Source: a virus (taxonomy: Duplodnaviria; Caudoviricetes). From it: a stretch of 44,580 nt of DNA. The stretch covers positions 1 through 44,580 of the IMG/VR virus record IMGVR_UViG_3300037310_000278; one strand, written 5' to 3'. Below, piece after piece: positions 35,317-42,570 of this stretch; the first letter of the stretch is position 1; each line of letters starts with the position of its first letter. The notes under the pieces are model-generated. The model did not search any database. It had not been told where the DNA came from and saw only the letters and a program-made list of their open reading frames with translations. Made by a program: the position numbers and the translations under genes.

Positions 35317-36003
35317 TCAGGCTACCGGCCAGGATAGCAGCCCGTCCGCGTGCTCGTGTACACGGGAACCAGCGATATGGCCGCGTGCGCGAACGGACGC
35401 CGGCGTGTGCGCGCTGGCATGGCTAAGCGTGTCCTGATTGGCGTCCGCGACGGCGGCCTTTGCCACCTCGACGGCGTAGGCTTGCTGCATGGCCGCCATC
35501 GTGCGCGCGCCGGCGACGCCCTTGATCAGTGGTCCCGCCAGATGTGAGGCCAGCAGATAGGAAACCGCGCTGGCAAACAGCGGCGGAAAGAGCGCGGGAT
35601 CGACCACCCGGCGCGAATAATCGAGCCACGCATTGGGCTGATTGGTCGCCAGCACCCTTTCGCCATTGGGCAGCGTCGCCAGGAAATACGGCACCAACGT
35701 AACCGAACCGAAAGGCAGGGTGCAGCCCTGCGACAGGACACCCGCCAAGCGCAGGAAATCGGCCGGCAGGGCATAGACATATTGCCAGTAGGAAAAAACC
35801 GGCGTGTTCACTTGCGCCAGCGGCGCGCGTGTACGGGCAAAGGTCCAGTGGCAGTGCTCCAGCGCGCTGTCACGGGCCATCGGGTAGAAACGCGCGCAAT
35901 TGTCCGCCTGCATGGACCCCTCGGGAGGGTCGATCGACGTGAGGCTGGCCCGGTCGCCAAGCCGGCTTAGCGCGACGTTGCAGATATCTACCGCTGTGGC
36001 CAA
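35317..36003 (-). CDS. Tail tubular protein A / head-tail adaptor
   Basis: VDICNVALSRLG...HCHWTFAR...YALPADFLR...FPPLF. Confidence 0.85.
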   Translation of the reverse strand: MATAVDICNVALSRLGDRASLTSIDPPEGSMQADNCARFYPMARDSALEHCHWTFARTRAPLAQVNTPVFSYWQYVYALPADFLRLAGVLSQGCTLPFGSVTLVPYFLATLPNGERVLATNQPNAWLDYSRRVVDPALFPPLFASAVSYLLASHLAGPLIKGVAGARTMAAMQQAYAVEVAKAAVADANQDTLSHASAHTPASVRARGHIAGSRVHEHADGLLSWPVA

Positions 36004-36014
36004 CGGCGTTTTCC

Positions 36015-36353
36015 TTAGCTGAGAGGATCTTCGTGCTTGCCTGGCGGCTGGGTCACCCGGTTGTCAATAGCGTCGGAAATGGCCGCAACAACCGATTTAC
36101 GCCGGCGAGTTGCGCTTTCCTCGTTAAGCAGCGCGTGCAATTCAGCCACCGAAAGCGTCGACAGCGCCGCCTTGATGTCCGGAATTTTCTGGTCGAGCAG
36201 CTTGTTGCTCGCCAGCTTCTCGTCCTTGTCCTCGGCGGACCCGACGCGCACTGCCCACGACGCCGAGAACGTGTCAGGCGCGGCAAAAATGCTGTCCTTG
36301 GGACGTCGCACCCCGCGATAGAAACCAAGCCGTGTAGCCCTAAACTGTGCCAT
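36015..36353 (-). CDS. Hypothetical structural-region protein
   Basis: 112 aa, between the cement and adaptor genes. Confidence 0.7.
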   Translation of the reverse strand: MAQFRATRLGFYRGVRRPKDSIFAAPDTFSASWAVRVGSAEDKDEKLASNKLLDQKIPDIKAALSTLSVAELHALLNEESATRRRKSVVAAISDAIDNRVTQPPGKHEDPLS

Positions 36354-36379
36354 GATGTGTTTCCCGCTACTAAAGGCCA

Positions 36380-36409
36380 GGAGCCGGGAGGCCGAAGCCT
36401 CCCAGCTCC
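36380..36409 (-). terminator. Stable UUCG-loop hairpin after the capsid/cement genes (terminator or mRNA stabiliser)
   Basis: ggagctgggaggc-ttcg-gcctcccggctcc on the - strand; weak U tract. Confidence 0.6.
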
Positions 36410-36419
36410 CGTTACCACG

Positions 36420-36878
36420 TTAAATCTGGCCAGGAACCAGATTGTCTGCAAAAGCCCGCCAGGTAGAAATGTTCGGCGTGAAGAAAACGTCCACCGAACC
36501 GGCGGTGAACGCCTGTGTGCCGGTTGTCTGGCGGACACCAAGATAGCGCTCGGAGGCAAAGCCCTTGGGCAGCTTGGCCGCGAACAGCGTGGTGCCGCGC
36601 GTGAGTACCGGTACGGCGCGAGCGCCGCCGGACGACACGACGACTGTCGGGGAAGACAGCGCGGCGTTGTCATCGGTGACGAGGTCAAGCACCAGCGTTG
36701 CCGTGCTGGTCGAGCTCGTGGCGTCGGTCGCCATGCGGGCGACGACATAGATTTCCTCGGTGTCCCAAAGCTCGAAAGCCTTGGCCACGTCGATTTGATC
36801 GCCGATGATGTAAGCGCCGGCAGCGCCAGTGTTAAGCGCCAGGCTGTCGGCAAGCGTGGTGAGTTTGTCGATGATCAT
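36420..36878 (-). CDS. Capsid cement protein (Bbp16-like)
   Basis: MIIDK start, beta-rich, ERYLGV...FTAGSVDVF; directly after the major capsid gene. Confidence 0.8.
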   Translation of the reverse strand: MIIDKLTTLADSLALNTGAAGAYIIGDQIDVAKAFELWDTEEIYVVARMATDATSSTSTATLVLDLVTDDNAALSSPTVVVSSGGARAVPVLTRGTTLFAAKLPKGFASERYLGVRQTTGTQAFTAGSVDVFFTPNISTWRAFADNLVPGQI

Positions 36879-36893
36879 GTGCTGAAACTCCTG

Positions 36894-37901
36894 TTAGACG
36901 ATGGCCGCTTCGGTCGACAGCAAACCGTCGACGCGACGGAACGGAATGTCGTCGAAAGCAAGCACGCGCTTGCCCGAGACGGTATCCATGGTGAGCGTCG
37001 AGCCCCTTGTCGCGTTGGTAATCTGCTTGCGCAGGAAAGTCCGCACGCGGCGATTGGAGTAGAACGCGCACCGGCCCATTGATTTGCTGGGCAGCCGTTC
37101 GACAGCATCCGTCAGCAGGTCGATGAGGTCCGGACCGCTGGCCGCGTCCTTCGTCAGGTCTTCCTGGTTGAACTGCACGCGCACGACGTAACGCCAGTCG
37201 CGAACGACGAGGCCACAATCCCAACGGTAGTGCGACCGGTAAGCCTGCATGCGGCCACCAACCGGACCCCCCGGAGCATTTTCAACCGTAACTTCGCCAA
37301 GGTCCGTCATCTGGAGACCAGCCTTGGACCCCTTCGGATAGATGCAATGCACCGTGTTCGGACCCCAACAGACCAGCCACACGCTGGCATTGTCGTTACC
37401 GTCGACGCCAGCCGCCGGCATGACGATGTTGTCGGCGCTTTCCGCCGACAGGCTGTTGAAGCGCGCCGAAAAGCCAGTGAATTCGGCTTCGTCGAGGATG
37501 TCGTTGCCGTAGAACAGCGTCGACGCGAATTCCTGGTTCATGCCTTCGATGTGCGCCGAGTCCTCGGACAGGCGGAACGCGTCGGTGTTGCCATTGAGAT
37601 CAGCCAGCGCCTTGTCGACTTCGCTGTAATCCTCAAGCATGCCGCACGTGTCCGTGACCTGCGCGGTATGGCTCTTGGTCGGCAGGACGCCCTGATACAG
37701 CCGGCGCCATGTCGGCGTCGGGATGCCAGTGCGAACCGTCGACTTGTGGCCGGTCGGGAGGTTGCCCTCGAGCCAGACGGCATCGTCGAGCACTTCGTTC
37801 GTGGCGTTCAGAATTTCAACGATCCGGTCGACTTTGCCGTTGGCGTCGAGGCGCTTGGCGACGTCGAGGAGCGTCGGATGAGTAGTTGCAAGAACAGGCA
37901 T
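36894..37901 (-). CDS. Major capsid protein (Bbp17-like)
   Basis: PTLLDVAKR...EGNLPTGH..TVRTGIP...GLVVRDWRYVVR. Confidence 0.92.
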   Translation of the reverse strand: MPVLATTHPTLLDVAKRLDANGKVDRIVEILNATNEVLDDAVWLEGNLPTGHKSTVRTGIPTPTWRRLYQGVLPTKSHTAQVTDTCGMLEDYSEVDKALADLNGNTDAFRLSEDSAHIEGMNQEFASTLFYGNDILDEAEFTGFSARFNSLSAESADNIVMPAAGVDGNDNASVWLVCWGPNTVHCIYPKGSKAGLQMTDLGEVTVENAPGGPVGGRMQAYRSHYRWDCGLVVRDWRYVVRVQFNQEDLTKDAASGPDLIDLLTDAVERLPSKSMGRCAFYSNRRVRTFLRKQITNATRGSTLTMDTVSGKRVLAFDDIPFRRVDGLLSTEAAIV

Positions 37902-37922
37902 GGGTTATATCTCCGTCATGGG

Positions 37923-38600
37923 CTAGGCAGCTTGCCTGGCACTTTTGTCAAAGAGGATGCTTTCGGTTGTCCGCTGGGTGTCGGTTGGCCGGCCCGTGGT
38001 CACCAAAGTATCCTCGCTCACAGCCTTGCCGACGCGGTACAGGAGGCGGATAACCTCCGGATGGTCGCCAAGGCCCGATGCGTCCAGAAACTCGCGCAAG
38101 GCCGGAGTAGCAAACGTATCGCGGGCCTTTGCCACAACAGCCATCTTGGCTGCCTGCTCGGCGCCCCCGATTTCCGGATCAGCGGTCGCCGTGGCCCGCC
38201 ACTTGTTCCGCGCGGCGTCAACAGCGGCAAGATGCTGCTGCTCCCAGCCTGCGGCGAGTTGCGAAGCGATATCGACGAACCCCTGCGCTTGCTCTTGCGT
38301 GAGGTTGAGCGCCTTAGCCCTCTCCTTGAACGACCCGACAAGATCAGGGTTCAAGGTCACGCCTTCCGGTGTCGTAAAACTGGCGTACTCGGCCGGAGCA
38401 CCGACAGGTGTCTTGGCCGCGTCCGTAGTTTCCTCACCGTTGGCGGCGTCGGTCGCAGCCGACGCGGTTCCGGCTTCCGGGCGAGCAGCCTGCTGGCCTG
38501 CATCCGCGTTCGCGGCCGGCTCCACAACAGCCTGTCCACCCGGATCGAGGGCAGGCGCGGTGTCAGTCTGGCCGCCCTCAGTCTGCGATTGGTCGTTCAT
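37923..38600 (-). CDS. Capsid scaffolding protein
   Basis: Ala/Thr-rich N-terminus, APAEYA, LTQEQAQ, SGLGDHPEVIR...GKAVSED; upstream of the major capsid gene. Confidence 0.75.
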   Translation of the reverse strand: MNDQSQTEGGQTDTAPALDPGGQAVVEPAANADAGQQAARPEAGTASAATDAANGEETTDAAKTPVGAPAEYASFTTPEGVTLNPDLVGSFKERAKALNLTQEQAQGFVDIASQLAAGWEQQHLAAVDAARNKWRATATADPEIGGAEQAAKMAVVAKARDTFATPALREFLDASGLGDHPEVIRLLYRVGKAVSEDTLVTTGRPTDTQRTTESILFDKSARQAA

Positions 38601-38901
38601 TTTGGTTCTGCTCCGTCAGCATGAGCACATATTGCTCGGAAAAATGGCTGTTCAGCACAGCCAGGTACTGAAGTCCGACGTCCCGGCGCCCTTCCCGGAA
38701 AAAGGTTTCGGAATTGCCGGTGAAACTCGACTGGAAAACATGCGTGCGGCCAAGCAACCCCGCCATGAAACGGCGCCCTTCCGGGGACGACATGAGCCAG
38801 CCGACGTTGTTGACGAACGCTTCGCGGGCCACACGCCGTTCGCTTTCGGCTTGCGCACGGGACCGCTCTTGGGCCAGCTTGTCGAAAGGGTCTCTCGCCA
38901 T
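38578..38901 (-). CDS. Bbp19-like protein
   Basis: WLMSSPEGRRF...SSFTGNSETFFREGRRDVGL; ATG at 38901. Confidence 0.75.
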   Translation of the reverse strand: MARDPFDKLAQERSRAQAESERRVAREAFVNNVGWLMSSPEGRRFMAGLLGRTHVFQSSFTGNSETFFREGRRDVGLQYLAVLNSHFSEQYVLMLTEQNQNERPIAD

Positions 38902-38911
38902 AATGCCGGGG

Positions 38912-38941
38912 ACCATATACGTTCGGCTTGCGCACAAGTTC
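38912..38941 (-). promoter_or_regulatory. Putative late promoter of the scaffold/capsid block
   Basis: GAACTTGTGCGC-N12-TATGGT. Confidence 0.65.
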
Positions 38942-38942
38942 T

Positions 38943-40637
38943 CTAGCTGGCAGCCGGCGTCTGGTAGCCGGCGAACAGCGACATGAGGTCAGCGCCGGCG
39001 TTCGAGGTTCCGCCCTGCGTGGTTACCGTGCCTAGCTTGGCCGCGCGATCGGCCGCCGCGTTCGCCTGCTCGGCCAGCGCCGCCGCCTGTTGCTGTTGTG
39101 CCCGCTGCTGGCGAATCAGCGCCACCTTGTCGTCGGCGACGATCAGATTGGGGTCGACGCCAAGCACGTCGGCGTACTTCTCGACCGACCGGTCGAAGTC
39201 ATATTTGTCGATGACTTCCGGCTGCACGTTCGCCAGCACGCCAAGATGCCCGATCAGCCGGTCGACCGAATTCACCGAAACGGCTTTCTGCGCTTGCGCC
39301 AGAACGGAAACGAATTCCACGTTCAGCTCCTGCGCGCTCAGCTCCTCGGGCGGCGGCGGCAGCACGCCAGTCTCGATCAGACGGTCGAATGTGTGCTCGA
39401 TCATCGGCGACAGCATCTCGTTGTGCAGCCGCTCCAGCACCGGGCCAAGCATCAGCAGCTTTTCCTCGTGCCGCTCAGCGACTTCGGTCGCTGTCATCTG
39501 CGTGTTGTCCATGCTCGCCAGCATCAGGAACATGTCGGCATAGAACGCCGAACGAACCCGCTGGCGCACGTCCTGGATATCCAGCAGCAGATGGTTGAGG
39601 TCGAGCCTGACGTCGAAAGCCGAACGAATGCCGCCCTGTGCTGATGTCGCACTGTAGTAGGACACTCCACCGGGCAACAGATTGGCGCCGCCGTTCTTCA
39701 ATTCGACAGGCACCATGACGGGCGGGTCCGCCTGGTAGTCGATGGCCTTGGCCTTGGCGAATTGCTGTTGCTGGAGCTGCAACAGGTCGCCGAGCGCGTC
39801 CATGCCCGGAGACACGCCGTAGCAATCGTTCCAGAGCACGTCCCAGCGCGGCGCGAGCGCCGGGAAGCGCCGGTAGCCGCTTTCGCGAAGCACGCCTTCG
39901 TTGACCTCGGTCGAACCCAAATCGATATAGCAGCTTTCATACGGCATGTTGCGGGCGTCGCGCTTGGTGGCGTCGCGAGACACGCGCGGCTTGACGATGT
40001 GCAGAATTTTCATCGTCGTGCCGTACTCACTGTTGTCGTAAGCGGATTTCATCTGGTACGACAGCTTGTTGTAGCCGAACCACGCGACCGCTTGCGAAAC
40101 CGTGATTTCAAATTCCCGGCCGATGGTGTTGACGACGCCGTTGTGGTCAAGCTCCAGCGCATACTGGCCGAACGTCTGCGGGTGATGGTGCACGATATTC
40201 TCGAAACTGGGTTCGACGAAGGACGCCGCCGTTCCGAACGCCCCCAGCTCGCGATAGATCATGTGGAACGCGTTGTAGGTGTTGGATCGGGCAAACACGC
40301 GCAGCATGGTACTGGTGACGTCATCAAGCCACGCCTTGACCTCAGGCATGCGATTCAGGTCCGGGTCTGGCGTCTCCAGCCGGAACCACGGCCGCGCCGG
40401 GCTGGTCATGCCCGACATGAGGCCGGCGGCGAGCGTGCGCAGCGCCCGCGTACCCTCGCTGTCGATAATCTGCGTGTTGCGGCCCTTGCCTGTCGCACGG
40501 TTGCGGTCCGTGGTTATGAAACGGGAAAGCCTTGGCAGCAGGTTTTCAGCGACTTCACGAACATGCGCGTCGAAGTTGCTGCGTTCGTTCAACAACGAGC
40601 GCCAATGCTTTAGCGCCAATTCCCGTTTTGTGTACAC
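38943..40637 (-). CDS. Portal (head-to-tail connector, Bbp21-like)
   Basis: LAAGLMSGMTSPARPWF, RW......YG.SPG..ALGD, MTATEVAERHEEKLLMLGPVLERL. Confidence 0.93.
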   Translation of the reverse strand: MYTKRELALKHWRSLLNERSNFDAHVREVAENLLPRLSRFITTDRNRATGKGRNTQIIDSEGTRALRTLAAGLMSGMTSPARPWFRLETPDPDLNRMPEVKAWLDDVTSTMLRVFARSNTYNAFHMIYRELGAFGTAASFVEPSFENIVHHHPQTFGQYALELDHNGVVNTIGREFEITVSQAVAWFGYNKLSYQMKSAYDNSEYGTTMKILHIVKPRVSRDATKRDARNMPYESCYIDLGSTEVNEGVLRESGYRRFPALAPRWDVLWNDCYGVSPGMDALGDLLQLQQQQFAKAKAIDYQADPPVMVPVELKNGGANLLPGGVSYYSATSAQGGIRSAFDVRLDLNHLLLDIQDVRQRVRSAFYADMFLMLASMDNTQMTATEVAERHEEKLLMLGPVLERLHNEMLSPMIEHTFDRLIETGVLPPPPEELSAQELNVEFVSVLAQAQKAVSVNSVDRLIGHLGVLANVQPEVIDKYDFDRSVEKYADVLGVDPNLIVADDKVALIRQQRAQQQQAAALAEQANAAADRAAKLGTVTTQGGTSNAGADLMSLFAGYQTPAAS

Positions 40638-40640
40638 GTT

Positions 40641-40949
40641 CTAGAAGCCCAGCAACCTGACACCGCCCAGCGCGCCCGGCAGAGCGCCGGCGGCACCAGT
40701 CAAAAAGGTGCCGCCGACGCCGCCCCCGGCCGCGCGCTTGTTGGACGCGATCAGCCCCGACAAATCTGGCGTCCGCTGGTTGGCGCGATTGAATTGTTCT
40801 TCCTGCGCTTGCGCCTGCCGCGCCGCCGAGGCTTCGGCGGAGGCTTGCGCCTTGCGCTGCGCCTTGCGGGCCTTGCTCGCCGAAATGGCCGACGTGCCAG
40901 CGCCGAGCGCGGCGGCCCCAGCGATGGTTGCGGAAACGGGATCACACAC
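40641..40949 (-). CDS. Small Ala/Gly-rich virion protein upstream of the portal
   Basis: GTG start at 40949 (MCDPVSATIAG...GTFLTG...LLGF), 102 aa. Confidence 0.7.
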   Translation of the reverse strand: MCDPVSATIAGAAALGAGTSAISASKARKAQRKAQASAEASAARQAQAQEEQFNRANQRTPDLSGLIASNKRAAGGGVGGTFLTGAAGALPGALGGVRLLGF

Positions 40950-42570
40950 GGCGTTGTCCTTCGCCAAAAGGATTGTGGCTGCGACGGTCGGAAAACGCCG
41001 CCAGCGGATCATACGCGCGACGCTGGCGCACAAGTTCCTGCCCAAAACTGTTGGATTTCGGCGTGTCCATCGAGGCCAGCAGCACGGCGGAAGCAAGGTC
41101 GGGCGAACGGCCGACGCGTTTGATGAGCTCTTCCCGGCTTTCGACGTAGATGACGCCGCTGCGCACCAGCCATTTCGGCGCGCAGAGCTCGCGCCGCAGC
41201 TCCTCGTTGCGCGGCAGGGCCACGGCCAGGTTGCTGTCCGGGTCAAGCATTTCGCGGAAACGCCACCACAAGGCGCTGCGCTGGTTCGAGAAGCGCAGCC
41301 GGCCGCTCTTGTCAGTGCTGACTGCCGCCTCGCCGACGTTCACGCCGACAGCGTGCAGCCCGGCGGCAACGAGAAAGTCGAACGGACTGGCGCCGACGCC
41401 GATGATATCTATATGCACCGGCGCGCGGTCGCGCGTGGCCGCGACGACGAGGCCAGCCGTCTCGGAGCCGGTCGGCGTCTGCGCGCCGGGGTACTCAAGC
41501 AGCGTGTCGTACCAGTGTCCGTGCCGCCGGCTGATCACCGTACGGTCTTTGCCGCCGCGCGCAACGTCGACACCGAGGCTGTCCATGGTCGGTTTGCGGT
41601 CGCGTTCGGACCAGCGTTGCATGGCTGCGTCGACCCAGTCGGTAGGAATCACCTGCCACGGGTCGTCTTCCATGCCGGCTTTGAAATCGCCGTAGAGCAT
41701 TTGCGAGCGCAGCGGCTCCGGCATGGCCTGAAGCTGGCGCATGTAGCCAGTGTTGACGAGGAACGGATTGTCCGTGACGCGCGACGCGATGAAGGTCCGG
41801 CTCTCCGGCTTGATGATCAGCGTCGCCCGTTCGCCGGTGTAGTCGGCCGGATCGAAATCATAACGGAAATCGCCGTTGACGAAAACGAATTCGCGGTCGT
41901 CGGCGACCTCGAAGTCATCGCCATTGATGATCGCGAAATGGCGAAGCTCGCCAGGCAGCGCCGGCACCGGGTGACTGTTGTCCAGCCACGGCGCGAAATA
42001 GTCGACGACCCAGCGGCCTTCCGCCGTCGTTGGCGGGTTGAAGGTGAGGATGGTCTGTTGCTGTTGGCCGGGCGTAGTGCTGCGTACCCAGCCTTTCAGG
42101 AAGCGCACCTGTGGTTGCAGGAAGTTGGTGGCTTCGTCGATGCCAAGCAGGTCTTTCGGGCGGCCCTGGTAATTCAGCTCGTCGCCGAGGGTCGGCACGG
42201 AACCGAATTCAATGGAACGGCCGTCCGGCAATCGCCATAGCTTTTCCTGGCTGTTGTAGCCGTCGCGCGAACCCATGATTTCCGTCATGCGCTGCACGAT
42301 GCCCTTCATCTGAGTGTACTCGCGCCGGAACAACTGGCTGCGCCGGTGCCTGTTGAGCGCCGCGCCGATCATCAGGTCGGACTTGCCGCCACCCGCCGCG
42401 CCGCCGTAGCCGACGACATGCGCTTCGGAACGATATGCGGCCGACTGCGGGCCGGGGAGCGGGCGCCACAATGCCGTGTCGCGCGCTAGAAGGTCCATGA
42501 GCTCCTTGCGCTTGCCGTCGTCCAAATACGGCAGAAGCTCCTGGATTTCAGCAGCGGAAAGCGGTTTCAC
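40942..42570 (-). CDS. terL: Terminase large subunit
   Basis: GYGGAAGGGKS Walker A, GIDEA Walker B, TFNPP, GVDVARGGKD nuclease motif, GRSPD. Confidence 0.93.
   Translation of the reverse strand: MKPLSAAEIQELLPYLDDGKRKELMDLLARDTALWRPLPGPQSAAYRSEAHVVGYGGAAGGGKSDLMIGAALNRHRRSQLFRREYTQMKGIVQRMTEIMGSRDGYNSQEKLWRLPDGRSIEFGSVPTLGDELNYQGRPKDLLGIDEATNFLQPQVRFLKGWVRSTTPGQQQQTILTFNPPTTAEGRWVVDYFAPWLDNSHPVPALPGELRHFAIINGDDFEVADDREFVFVNGDFRYDFDPADYTGERATLIIKPESRTFIASRVTDNPFLVNTGYMRQLQAMPEPLRSQMLYGDFKAGMEDDPWQVIPTDWVDAAMQRWSERDRKPTMDSLGVDVARGGKDRTVISRRHGHWYDTLLEYPGAQTPTGSETAGLVVAATRDRAPVHIDIIGVGASPFDFLVAAGLHAVGVNVGEAAVSTDKSGRLRFSNQRSALWWRFREMLDPDSNLAVALPRNEELRRELCAPKWLVRSGVIYVESREELIKRVGRSPDLASAVLLASMDTPKSNSFGQELVRQRRAYDPLAAFSDRRSHNPFGEGQRRV
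41008..41037 (-). promoter_or_regulatory. Putative late promoter inside the terL 3' end, upstream of the portal block
   Basis: GAACTTGTGCGC-N12-TATGAT. Confidence 0.65.
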
